From Chthonomonadales bacterium (GTDB taxonomy: Bacteria; Armatimonadota; Chthonomonadetes; Chthonomonadales; CAJBBX01), in contig JBBIPC010000005.1 in the NCBI GenBank assembly GCA_037443035.1, positions 71,940 to 135,939 on the forward strand: a DNA stretch of 64,000 nt. Reading direction: 5' to 3'. The notes below the pieces were generated by a model that searched no databases, had not been told where the DNA came from, and worked only from the letters and a program-made list of their open reading frames with translations. A program made the translations under genes and the position numbers. Every line of letters starts with the position of its first letter. Position 1 is the first letter of the stretch. This document shows positions 17,573-26,965 of the stretch, one piece after another.

Positions 17573-18949
17573 TCAGCGACCTCCGTGCCCCCAGGCAGCC
17601 CGCCGGGCGATCGTCACACACTCGTCGAAGAGCCGGTCGGCATCATCCGCGCTGGATGCTTCCAATATGATCCGCACCAGAGGCTCGGTGTTGGACGCGC
17701 GAACGTGCAACCATGCCTCGGGCCAATCGAATCGAACACCATCTGTAAGGTCGGGCCGGTCCTCGCGGAATCGTTCGCAGAAGCTGTCGAGGATTCGACG
17801 GACGCTAGTGGGCGGGCAGGGCAGCTCGGCCTTGCGCATATGGTACGCGGGCAGGTCCGCGGCCAGATCCGCAAGCGACCGTCCGCTCACCGATATGGCC
17901 TCCAGCACCGTGGCCAGAGAGAGCAGCGCATCGAATGTAGTCGTGTGCGGTAACGCAGCGACGCCTCCGTTTCCTTCTCCAGCCAGAGCGGCCGACTCCG
18001 TCAGAGCACGGTCCATGACATGGCCTTCGCCAACGCTCGTGCGAATGCATTCGCGGCCGTATTGTCGAGCAACGGCCTCCACCATGCGTGAGGTGGATAA
18101 GTTCGTGACGACCGGCCCCTCGCGCCGGGCCAGCACGTGCCGCGCCACAATCGGCAGGACACACTCTTCGGAAAGAGCCTCGCCGGCGTGTGTAACGAGA
18201 CCCAACCGGTCTCCATCCACGTTGATGGCGGCCCCAAGGTCGGCCTGCACGCTCCGAAGCAGGGCCGCGAGTTGCCGCATGTTCGCTGGTGAGGGAGCGG
18301 GCAAGTGGGCAAAGGAACCGTCCGCATCGTCGTTCAGTGGTATCACTTGGCAGCCAAGGGCGTCGAGGAATCGCTTGCCAAGTTCCGTCGCCGCCCCGTT
18401 GCAGAAGTCCACGGCGATACGAAGTCCTTTGCTGCGGATGGTAGCCGCGTCCACTGCGTCCAGTATGGATGCAACATACGCGTTCGAGGCCTCGGCGGTG
18501 ACATGGCGCTTGCCCAGGGCCTGCCATGGCGCCAGCGTAAACGCTGAGGCATGGTAGATGTCCAGCAGCTCCTCGGTGTTGGCAGCGTTGAGAAGCGCCC
18601 CATCCGGTCCTACGAACTTCAGGGCGTTCCAGCGTACGTCGTTATGGCTGCCTGTAATGGAGATGCCACCTGCGGCGCTCCGTGAGCGCACTGCGTGGCT
18701 TACGGCCGGAGTCGTGCACACACCCAGGTCCAGGACATCCGTACCGGTGCTGATGAGCGCCGAAAGAACCGCGGCATGGAGCATGCTCGAGCTGAGACGC
18801 GTGTCTCGCCCGATCACGACCTCACCGCCGCCGCAATACGTGCCGAAAGCGCTGGCGAAGTCCACCACCAGCTCGGGGGTCATCGCCTCGCCCACGACGC
18901 CTCGAACGCCCGAGACGCCGATCTTGAGTTGACGAAGTGCGAGATCCAT
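17573..18949 (-). CDS. Alpha-D-phosphohexomutase (GlmM/PMM-like), second tandem paralog
   Basis: GVSGVRG, TGSHND, NVDGDR, GEGNGG, RASNTEP. Confidence 0.9.
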   Translation of the reverse strand: MDLALRQLKIGVSGVRGVVGEAMTPELVVDFASAFGTYCGGGEVVIGRDTRLSSSMLHAAVLSALISTGTDVLDLGVCTTPAVSHAVRSRSAAGGISITGSHNDVRWNALKFVGPDGALLNAANTEELLDIYHASAFTLAPWQALGKRHVTAEASNAYVASILDAVDAATIRSKGLRIAVDFCNGAATELGKRFLDALGCQVIPLNDDADGSFAHLPAPSPANMRQLAALLRSVQADLGAAINVDGDRLGLVTHAGEALSEECVLPIVARHVLARREGPVVTNLSTSRMVEAVARQYGRECIRTSVGEGHVMDRALTESAALAGEGNGGVAALPHTTTFDALLSLATVLEAISVSGRSLADLAADLPAYHMRKAELPCPPTSVRRILDSFCERFREDRPDLTDGVRFDWPEAWLHVRASNTEPLVRIILEASSADDADRLFDECVTIARRAAWGHGGR

Positions 18950-19097
18950 GGGTCTTCTCCGTTAGGGCCATTCTACCGCACGTACCTCGGAGTGTATGGA
19001 GCGCGTGCACTGAGAGCGGATGCCGCAACCCGAACGATGTCGGGTACGTAGTGTGAATGTGCGGCGGACACGCAGGTCCACCGCCGAGGAGGATCAC

Positions 19098-19796
19098 ATG
19101 AAATTCGTCAGTCTCCTTGTATTGGCAGGCCTTGCCGCATCGCCTATTCTCGCCCAGACAACCGACCTCGCTCGGCCGCTCTCGGGCACAGAGCATCCGC
19201 ACTCCATGAAACTGAAGCAACTCGACTCGACGTGGCTTCGCCTCGTGATCAAGGGTTCTACCGCGGACAGCGGTTCCTCCGACTTGCTGGGGAACTTGGC
19301 CCGCATCGGCCTCATGTCCCAGGGATCCACGAAGGGTCAGGAAGCGCTCGGTCTTCTCGGTCTGCTGGGCGGTCTTGGCGGCGAGAAACCCGCGGTTTAC
19401 TTCACCAAGGGTGCGACGACAACCATCGGGACGGAGACATTCCTCATCGCCTATACCGTCGAAAGGAAAGGGCCCGACCTTCTACAGATGATTGCCGAAG
19501 CCGAGAAGACCGGCAAAGCGCCGCAGCTCAGCGACATTCTTGCATCAGGCAAGTGGTCGGAAGACACCGAAGCCAGCTTGGCTCTTGTCAATGTGCGGGC
19601 CATCGCTCAGATCACGGGCGTCCGTCCCTTCGAGCTGGCCCGTGAGATCGCCGAGAGCGAGAAGGGCACGCTGAGCCTCATGGAGATGATGATGCTTGGT
19701 GCAGTGTCCGAGTCGAAGGAGCCACCACCCGCTGTGGCACCGGCTCCAGCCGCCCCTACCAAGCCCGTGAAGAAGCCGGCCACGAAACCGAAGTAG
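19098..19796 (+). CDS. Secreted hypothetical protein
   Basis: GGAGG RBS, signal peptide MKFVSLLVLAGLAASPILA, Pro/Ala/Lys-rich tail. Confidence 0.75.
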   Translation: MKFVSLLVLAGLAASPILAQTTDLARPLSGTEHPHSMKLKQLDSTWLRLVIKGSTADSGSSDLLGNLARIGLMSQGSTKGQEALGLLGLLGGLGGEKPAVYFTKGATTTIGTETFLIAYTVERKGPDLLQMIAEAEKTGKAPQLSDILASGKWSEDTEASLALVNVRAIAQITGVRPFELAREIAESEKGTLSLMEMMMLGAVSESKEPPPAVAPAPAAPTKPVKKPATKPK

Positions 19797-19903
19797 GGAG
19801 ATGCACTGACGTCTGCAGCATGAGTTTGGACAGCGGGAGCTTTCCTCCAGCGCCGTGCGTATCGGAACGCATGAGACCATGTCCCAGTGGAGGTAGCTCC
19901 CGC

Positions 19904-20497
19904 ATGAACAACTCGCACTGTCTCCTGCCACTAGCCCTATGGGCGGCGGCGATGACATTTCTTCCTGCAACAGCCTTCTCGTCCGACGGATCGAAGACAC
20001 CAGCCTCGGTGCATGACTTCACTGTCAAGGATATGCGCGGGAAGGACGTCAAACTGAGCCGTTTCAAGGGGAAGGTCCTGCTCATTGTGAACGTCGCCTC
20101 ACGCTGCGGCCTGACCCCGCAATACGCTGGGTTGCAGGCGCTTTACGAAAAGTACCGCAAGTCCGGCTTCGTTATCCTCGCGTTCCCTGCCAATGACTTC
20201 AACAATCAGGAGCCTGGGAGCAATGCCGAGATCGAGCAGTTCTGCAAGACGAAGTATGGTGTGACCTTTCCGGTATTCGCCAAGATCTCCGTGAAGGGAG
20301 AGGCCATGCACCCGCTCTACCGGTACCTCACTTCCAAAGAGACGAACCCGGAGCATAGTGGAGAGATCGAGTGGAACTTCGCGAAGTTCGTCATCGGCCG
20401 GGATGGACGCATCGCGGCTCGGTTCGCGCCGCAGGTGCGGCCTGAGGATCCTGCGGTTGCCAGGGCCATCGAAGGGCTTCTCGAACAGAAACGCTAA
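19904..20497 (+). CDS. Glutathione peroxidase family protein, probably exported
   Basis: IVNVASRCGLTPQY, FPANDFNNQEPG, WNFAKF; N-terminal signal-like segment. Confidence 0.93.
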   Translation: MNNSHCLLPLALWAAAMTFLPATAFSSDGSKTPASVHDFTVKDMRGKDVKLSRFKGKVLLIVNVASRCGLTPQYAGLQALYEKYRKSGFVILAFPANDFNNQEPGSNAEIEQFCKTKYGVTFPVFAKISVKGEAMHPLYRYLTSKETNPEHSGEIEWNFAKFVIGRDGRIAARFAPQVRPEDPAVARAIEGLLEQKR

Positions 20498-20500
20498 ACG

Positions 20501-21148
20501 CTACACTCGCTCCAACCGTCCCGCGCACCAGCGGATGGCACGACCAACAACCTCGCGGTAGGACGGATGCTCCCACGCACGGCGATCATGACCACACTGC
20601 AGACAGAAGATGGGCGTCTCTCCAACCTGTCGGATCCAAGCGAGGGGCCGCATGCTTAGAGGATGGCTCGTGGTCAGCAGGACCGTGCTTTCGGCATCGG
20701 GTTCGGCCATGATGTATGTCTCCTCCGGCATGCTCCACGATTGAACTTCCCTAACGATAGGGTGTTCTGGTAGGGCGACGTCCACCTGCAACGTCTGTTC
20801 CGGGTGATAGCTGAAGGACCTGTCCTGTATGCCGACGATCCTGGACCATGTCTCGAGCTGAGGCCATGCCAGGAGGGCGTGGTGGAGGACGAACACGCCA
20901 CGACTGCGCTGGATCAGTTCCTCGATGGCGTCGCGGAACGCACCATCGGGCTGATCCATGTGCATATTGTAGAAAAGTGTTACGTCGTAGGACCGCCGAG
21001 CGCGACCCCAGTCGTGGACCCAGTTCTCGAAGTCCTGCGGATAGGAATCTATGTCGTCGTGCCCTCGGAAGAGAGCATGGAACCCGGGCACGTCGAAGGG
21101 GTGTGCGCCTGTTACCACAGCGAGGCGGATGGGCGATCTATCTGGCAC
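20501..21148 (-). CDS. ThuA-like domain protein
   Basis: VVTGAHPFD, GVFVLHHA, HPI, ETY, LQCGHD...WEHPSY; GTG start after GGAGG. Confidence 0.8.
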   Translation of the reverse strand: MPDRSPIRLAVVTGAHPFDVPGFHALFRGHDDIDSYPQDFENWVHDWGRARRSYDVTLFYNMHMDQPDGAFRDAIEELIQRSRGVFVLHHALLAWPQLETWSRIVGIQDRSFSYHPEQTLQVDVALPEHPIVREVQSWSMPEETYIMAEPDAESTVLLTTSHPLSMRPLAWIRQVGETPIFCLQCGHDRRAWEHPSYREVVGRAIRWCAGRLERV

Positions 21149-21324
21149 GGCGGAGACCTCCTTCCCGGACCACGCATAAGGGGCGCGGCTTCGAGTGGCC
21201 AACAACGTTGGGTACGACCGCTATTATAGCGGCGTGGGCCCGTCGCAGCATATGACCGAGAGCACGCGCGTTCCGGTTGGTCACGGCTGCGACGGGCAGC
21301 TTGGGAGGTGCCGAAAGCTGGACG

Positions 21325-22008
21325 TTACTGCTCGTCGGTCGGTTCGGGGCGCCGCATCCGTTCCTGCTCCGCTTCTTGGAGCGACCGATCTTCGTCGCTG
21401 AACTCCAACTTCTCCCGCACGTGTTGGCGAACTTCGTCCAGCCGGCGCGCCAGCGATCCGAAGGCATGGCGGACGCCAGGTGCGCTTCGGTCGAAGGCAA
21501 GGCTTGCGCCATACGAGACGCCCAGGCCGGTTGCGTCCTGGATGGCATCGAGATCCGCACTCAGAAAGACGAACTGCCAGCCGCGCTGCTTTCGTTCCTC
21601 CATCATCCGCACGATATCGGACCGCCGATACTCGCGACTGGCGTTCTCAAGCCCGTCAGTGATGACGACGAAGAGGACGTGCTCAGGGCGCGAGTCTTCT
21701 TCGGAAGCTTCCAGCACGCGGTCCAGGTCCGTCATGCCCCGGCCGAGCGCGTCCAGCAGCGGAGTGGCGGCTCGCGGAATGTAATCCTGGCTTGTCAGCT
21801 TCGGTGCTCTGTTGACGTCTTCGCAGGCGCACAGGACCTCGAAGGGGTCCTGAGAGTCGAACTGTACGAGGGTGATGGTCGCCCGCCCGGGCTTGTTGCG
21901 CTGTTCATCGAGGAACGCATTGAACCCGCCGATGACGTCGTCTTTGATGCTCTGCATGGAACCCGTGCGATCCAGGATGACCATGACATGCGTGTAGTTC
22001 GCTTCCAT
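21325..22008 (-). CDS. von Willebrand factor A domain protein
   Basis: MIDAS-like ILDRTGSM, TPLLDA, VITDGLENAS. Confidence 0.88.
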   Translation of the reverse strand: MEANYTHVMVILDRTGSMQSIKDDVIGGFNAFLDEQRNKPGRATITLVQFDSQDPFEVLCACEDVNRAPKLTSQDYIPRAATPLLDALGRGMTDLDRVLEASEEDSRPEHVLFVVITDGLENASREYRRSDIVRMMEERKQRGWQFVFLSADLDAIQDATGLGVSYGASLAFDRSAPGVRHAFGSLARRLDEVRQHVREKLEFSDEDRSLQEAEQERMRRPEPTDEQ

Positions 22009-22156
22009 GTTGTTCCTCCTTGGCTTTGCGCCATGTTACGATGTGGTACAAGAAGACACTCGGTCGAACGCGTCGATTCCGGCAAGCCCACGCGGCAGGA
22101 AGTCGAGAGGCTCGGCGCCGAAGATAACGACACAAGCCGCAAGGTGGAGGAAAGGC

Positions 22157-23392
22157 ATGCCAAACAAGAGAGACGTCGCTATCATTCGCGGGCTCGCTGA
22201 CGAAGTAGCTCGGATCGCTGCCATGCCCGTCCAGGAGGAGAAGCGGGCTCTCTGGCGCCGGCTCAACGGCCTCGATCCCGTCCGCCCCATGGTGATGATC
22301 GACCAGGTTTGCTGGAACGAGATGAACATCGGCGATGAGCTCGTTCTCCAGTGCGAAGACCCGGAATGCCGCAACTACGAGGTCCTCCTACGCCGCACCC
22401 TCTTCCAATGGCGACACTTCCCCGTTGACATGGTGGTGGAGCCCTTCATTCGCGTGCCTAAGGCAATCCATGGTCTCGGTGTTGGAGTGGCCGTCCAGGA
22501 GGAGATCGCCGTCCTGGATGCCACCAACTCCGTGGTCGGGCACCGCTTCATCAACCAATTCGAGACGGAGGAGGATCTCCAGAAGATCCGAATGCCTGTC
22601 ATCTCCCACGACCGTGCCGAGACGGAACGGCGTATGTCGGTCGCCCACCAGCTTTTCGATGGTCTCCTCGACGTGCGAGCCGACGGAGCAGACCTGAATC
22701 TATCCCTCTGGGATCCGATCAGCTCGTGGATGGGGGTGGAGGCGGCGCTCTATGCACTGGCCGACAAACCAGACTACATGCACCGTCTGGTGGGAAGGCT
22801 CACCGACGCCTATATCTCGATGCTCGACCAGCTCGAGGAACAAGGTCTCCTGTGTGGCGTTCAGAGCCTCATTCACTGTACTGGCGCATGGACCGATGAT
22901 CTGCCCGCGCCGGGTTACGATCCGGATAAGCCTCGGCGTAAGGACCTCTGGGCCATGGGATTGGCGCAGATGTTCTCCACCGTCTCTCCAGCGATGTTCG
23001 AGGAGTACGAGGTGCAGTATGTCCAGCGCCTTTTCGAGCCTTTCGGCCTGGTCTACTACGGCTGCTGCGATCCGCTGGACCAGAAGATGGCCCAGGTCCG
23101 CAAGATTCCCCATGTCCGCAAAGTCTCGATGAGCCCCTGGGTCGATCAGGAGAGGGGTGCCAGGGAGATCCGCGGCGACTTCGTCTTCTCACGCAAGCCC
23201 AATCCAGCCTTTCTCGCATGGGACAAGTTCGACGTCGCAGCGGTGAAGGCCGATCTGGAACAGACCCGGGACATCTGCTGCCAGTATGGTTGCCCCATGG
23301 AGCTCATCCTCAAAGACATCAGCACAGTGCGCTACGAGCCACAACGGCTTACCCAGTGGGCAGAGGTCGCCATGGAGGTCGTCGGCGCCTGA
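22157..23392 (+). CDS. Uroporphyrinogen decarboxylase-like TIM-barrel protein of unknown function
   Basis: WMGVEAALYALAD, TVSPAMFEEY, YYGCCDPLD, KVSMSPW, ILKDISTV. Confidence 0.65.
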   Translation: MPNKRDVAIIRGLADEVARIAAMPVQEEKRALWRRLNGLDPVRPMVMIDQVCWNEMNIGDELVLQCEDPECRNYEVLLRRTLFQWRHFPVDMVVEPFIRVPKAIHGLGVGVAVQEEIAVLDATNSVVGHRFINQFETEEDLQKIRMPVISHDRAETERRMSVAHQLFDGLLDVRADGADLNLSLWDPISSWMGVEAALYALADKPDYMHRLVGRLTDAYISMLDQLEEQGLLCGVQSLIHCTGAWTDDLPAPGYDPDKPRRKDLWAMGLAQMFSTVSPAMFEEYEVQYVQRLFEPFGLVYYGCCDPLDQKMAQVRKIPHVRKVSMSPWVDQERGAREIRGDFVFSRKPNPAFLAWDKFDVAAVKADLEQTRDICCQYGCPMELILKDISTVRYEPQRLTQWAEVAMEVVGA

Positions 23393-23437
23393 GCCCGGCC
23401 CGAAAGCCGAACTGCACCGGAGAGTCGAACTGTGGGT

Positions 23438-23968
23438 CTACAAGTGGCGCAGAATGACGCCGAGACTTTCGGGGTCTAGTTCGTTGATGTTCGGGAACTC
23501 GTAGCGATTGCCTTCGATGTCGGTGACGAAGACGCGCACAGCAGATACCTCCTGCAGGTTGTCGCGCAGGTTCCGCACGACAATGTCGCGAGGACCACGT
23601 GTCGTCTCCAAACTCCAGTACACAGTGCCGAACTCCACCTTCACCTTGCGAACCTTGGTGACGACAGGCACGAAATAGCGCAGCTCCAGCTCCTCGGCGA
23701 GGATCTGTTTCGACTCTTCATCCAGCCCCGAGGGGTCCTTGATCATGCCGATGTCCTTGCCGGCTGCATCCAGAAAGCCTATGTAGTGCTCCGGGTCCGA
23801 TATGGGGAACGCCCTGGCCGGTTGCGCCCTCGTCCAGGAGCGATCGCCCTCGACGGTGAGCCGAACCATACCGCCATGACGCCGCAACCGCACCTTAGAG
23901 GGATCCAGCCAACGAATCTGGTGGTAGTCGCTCGAGTCCGTCCAGCCATCGTCATGTTCTTCGGTCAT
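23438..23968 (-). CDS. DUF1854-like protein
   Basis: RAFPISDPEHYI...ELRYFVP...WSLETTRGP...DIEGNRYEF. Confidence 0.75.
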   Translation of the reverse strand: MTEEHDDGWTDSSDYHQIRWLDPSKVRLRRHGGMVRLTVEGDRSWTRAQPARAFPISDPEHYIGFLDAAGKDIGMIKDPSGLDEESKQILAEELELRYFVPVVTKVRKVKVEFGTVYWSLETTRGPRDIVVRNLRDNLQEVSAVRVFVTDIEGNRYEFPNINELDPESLGVILRHL

Positions 23969-24038
23969 TCCCAATTCCTCAGATCGCCCTTGTACTCGTC
24001 TGAGAGTCACTGTACCCGCGACTGGCCCCGGCATGACT

Positions 24039-25676
24039 TCAGTATTCCCACTCCAACCACGTCAGGCGCTCGATGCCTAGTTGGAGAGGGACAACCACGA
24101 CTGCGAGTGTGAGGATAAGGAAGAAGCCCACTCCGGCCGCTGTTACGGGCGTCTGGTACTGGGGCCATTGTATGGCGCCGTACCATGTCGCGCCGAGCGT
24201 GCCCCATGACAGCCCGGAATATGCAACACCCGCACCGAAGCCAATAATCATGGCGAGAGGACTGACCCGGTGGGCCGGATTCTCGAACGTGAACCTGGGA
24301 AGGGCCGATGATACGCCTACTCCGATGGCGCAGAGACCAGCAGCGCTCCCCAAAACGGCCAGCCACAGGATGGCGACCGTTGGCAAGTCGCTACCGAACG
24401 CGACTGCCGCCAGCCCGATGAGACCGCAGGCGGCGCCTCCGGTCAGGAACCAGCTCGTGAGCCACTTGCTCATGACCAAAGTCCGCGCCTGATTGGGTGA
24501 GACGAGATAGACCCAGAACGCGCGTCCTTCGAGTCCCACGGAAGAAGCCGAGATGATGGACGACTGCATATAGAGCACGGCAAGCACCATGAGAACGGCG
24601 AAGGCGAAGAGCTCATCGCCCGGCGCACGAACCCGGAAGCCAGGGTTCGCCGCCATGACGAACGGGACAAGGAAGAGGATCATGGGCATGCCGGCCTGCG
24701 AGAGCAGCAGCGGGTCCCGAAACACGTACCGGGCTTCCTTAGCCATCACCGCGGCCATGGGCATGGGAAGAAGCCGTCTCAGGCAAGCGCGCGAGGTCGT
24801 CACGGCTGACGATGTATGCACCGCGTTTCCGGTACCTTCCGCGAACGAACCGGCATGCCATACGCGCTCGCCTAGCACGATGGCAAGCGAGCCCAGAGTC
24901 ACGGTCGCAAGTACCGCAAGAGACGTTCCCCTGCCGAACGAAACGAAGTCGCCGCTCGCGAGGGCATGGAGGGCCTCCCCGAACCAGCTCCACGGAGGCA
25001 GATAGGCGATTCGGCCGGATGGATTCGCCGTACTCGAGACAAGCGCGTGGAATCCTTCCTGCAGGCGGAGACCGGTAATCTGGCTCACGACAACGACGCA
25101 TACTACGGCGCCGAGGAGCACGTTGACTGCCGCAATCGCCGAACGCACGCGGCCATATCCCAGCCAGTGCACAGCCAGGAGCAGCACTACAGCCGTCATG
25201 CATGCGGGCAGGAGCACAATGAGAGTACCTGGGATCAGTAGGAGAGGAAGACGTAGCGGCGGTGTTCCCATACCCACCACACTCGCGAGTACCGCAGGCG
25301 CTCCGATGGGCAAGAACTGGACGGCACCTGCCAGTGCGCCCTCGAGCAATCGTACGGCGACTACGTGACGCACGCGGACCGGCATGGTGCCCAGCAGTTC
25401 TACATCTCCCGGATGGAGCAGCGTGGCTGCTAGGAAAGGCACGGATCCGGCCAGCATGAACAGGAAGACCGACAACGCGATTTCGTGGGTGAGGGCCACC
25501 CCTGCGTCACCCACGCCACGGAGCATGGTGACGACAAGGAAGCCGACGTAGACACCGGCCGCCAGCAGAAGCGCGAGAGCCCATAGCACCACCCCAAGCA
25601 CGCGCTGGCGCGGCGTCGAGAAGCGAACGCTGTTCCACAAGGCACGAAATCGGTATCGCAGGAGCACGTGAAACAT
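24039..25676 (-). CDS. Putative ABC-2-type exporter permease
   Basis: Many TM helices; AKEARYVFRDP, GLEGRAFW...SP...KW. Confidence 0.75.
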   Translation of the reverse strand: MFHVLLRYRFRALWNSVRFSTPRQRVLGVVLWALALLLAAGVYVGFLVVTMLRGVGDAGVALTHEIALSVFLFMLAGSVPFLAATLLHPGDVELLGTMPVRVRHVVAVRLLEGALAGAVQFLPIGAPAVLASVVGMGTPPLRLPLLLIPGTLIVLLPACMTAVVLLLAVHWLGYGRVRSAIAAVNVLLGAVVCVVVVSQITGLRLQEGFHALVSSTANPSGRIAYLPPWSWFGEALHALASGDFVSFGRGTSLAVLATVTLGSLAIVLGERVWHAGSFAEGTGNAVHTSSAVTTSRACLRRLLPMPMAAVMAKEARYVFRDPLLLSQAGMPMILFLVPFVMAANPGFRVRAPGDELFAFAVLMVLAVLYMQSSIISASSVGLEGRAFWVYLVSPNQARTLVMSKWLTSWFLTGGAACGLIGLAAVAFGSDLPTVAILWLAVLGSAAGLCAIGVGVSSALPRFTFENPAHRVSPLAMIIGFGAGVAYSGLSWGTLGATWYGAIQWPQYQTPVTAAGVGFFLILTLAVVVVPLQLGIERLTWLEWEY

Positions 25677-25868
25677 GCGTCGTTCAGCATACCTGACCCC
25701 CTGAAACCACAGAAGCCGGGCGGGCGTATAGATTCGCAGGACATCGGGGCGCGCAGCGCTCGAGTCCTTCCTCCTATTGCGTCCGAATGTGGCTCCGAGC
25801 GCTCCGCGTGTCCAGGAGTGCCAAGTATGAGCGGACTCCATCGCATTCCGAACCAGCGAGGTGATCGT

Positions 25869-26162
25869 ATGCGTGTCGTCCAAGCTCTGAAGTCCTGGTG
25901 GGAGCGATCGCGGCGCAGCATCATCATCTTCAGCGTCGCAATCCTACTGTTTGCCGGCGTCTTCGGTGTCTTGTTCAGCCGCGCCACACGGGTGCCGGAC
26001 GATACCCATGTGGACCAGCGCCTTGCTCAGATGCGACATCGAATGGAGGCCAAGAGGCGCCAACGTGAGCCAGGTATGGCAGAGATCGCCGAACGGATCG
26101 CCACAGCACCCATCGGGCGTCGCGCTCAGGAGGAATGGCTCAGGGAGACGGATGAGCCATAG
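25869..26162 (+). CDS. Small single-TM hypothetical protein
   Basis: GAGG RBS before ATG 25869; one hydrophobic helix then a charged tail. Confidence 0.55.
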   Translation: MRVVQALKSWWERSRRSIIIFSVAILLFAGVFGVLFSRATRVPDDTHVDQRLAQMRHRMEAKRRQREPGMAEIAERIATAPIGRRAQEEWLRETDEP

Positions 26163-26338
26163 GCGGCAGCAACCCGAACCGCCGCACTCGAGGAATGTGC
26201 GACTCACGCGCTAATGCGTGGGAGGGAGGACTTGGCGCACGTGGCCGCATCCGTACCTACGAGCAGGAGTGACGGCTGCGGATGGGGAATCCAGCTTGTG
26301 GCAGCCTGGTAGGCGTGCTCATGGGAGCGGAATTAGCA

Positions 26339-26950
26339 ATGGCGCAAACGGAGAACCTCACCGCGAACGAGAAGCGGACCCTCCTGCGATTGGCCCGGCA
26401 GACTGTGGAGGCTGCAGTGAGGGGCATGCCAATGCCCTCGGTGCCGGATCATGAGTTGACGGAGGCCCTGCGGCGACCTGCCGACACCTTCGTAACTCTC
26501 TACCGCCTAGGCGAGCTTCGCGGATGCATAGGTAGTCGCACGGGGAAGGAACCCCTTTACCGATCCGTCATGGACAGTGCCCAGGCTTCGGCCACGCGCG
26601 ATCCACGCTTCCCGCCGGTGTCGGGCCACGAACTCCGCGACATCACAATCAACATTTCTATACTGACACCCCCGCGACCCCTGCAAGCTTCGAGCGTTGA
26701 GGAGCTACGTCATGCACTGGAACCGGGCGTCCATGGGGTGATTCTCCACAATGGCGGCCGCCGCGCCCTCTACCTCCCCCAAGTGTGGGACCACTTCGTG
26801 GACGCGCCTGACATGGTGGCCGCTTTCTTGAGCAGCCTCAGCCGCAAGGCGGGCGACATGACGGGCACACTCTGGAAGGATCCCAGCACCCGCTACGAAG
26901 TGTTCGAGGCCGAGAGCTTCAGCGAAGAGGATCTCGAAGCCGCCGAGTAG
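26339..26950 (+). CDS. amrA: AmmeMemoRadiSam system protein A (AMMECR1 domain)
   Basis: TFVTL...LRGCIG, RDPRFPPV, SILTPP, YLPQVW, KAG. Confidence 0.9.
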   Translation: MAQTENLTANEKRTLLRLARQTVEAAVRGMPMPSVPDHELTEALRRPADTFVTLYRLGELRGCIGSRTGKEPLYRSVMDSAQASATRDPRFPPVSGHELRDITINISILTPPRPLQASSVEELRHALEPGVHGVILHNGGRRALYLPQVWDHFVDAPDMVAAFLSSLSRKAGDMTGTLWKDPSTRYEVFEAESFSEEDLEAAE

Positions 26951-26965
26951 GGATTGTCAGCACAC

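Noticed and set aside
19904..20497. Selenocysteine-containing glutathione peroxidase
   Set aside because: Active-site codon is TGC (Cys); no in-frame TGA
26339..26950. Complete AmmeMemoRadiSam system
   Set aside because: Only protein A is present; no Memo or radical SAM gene nearby in this window
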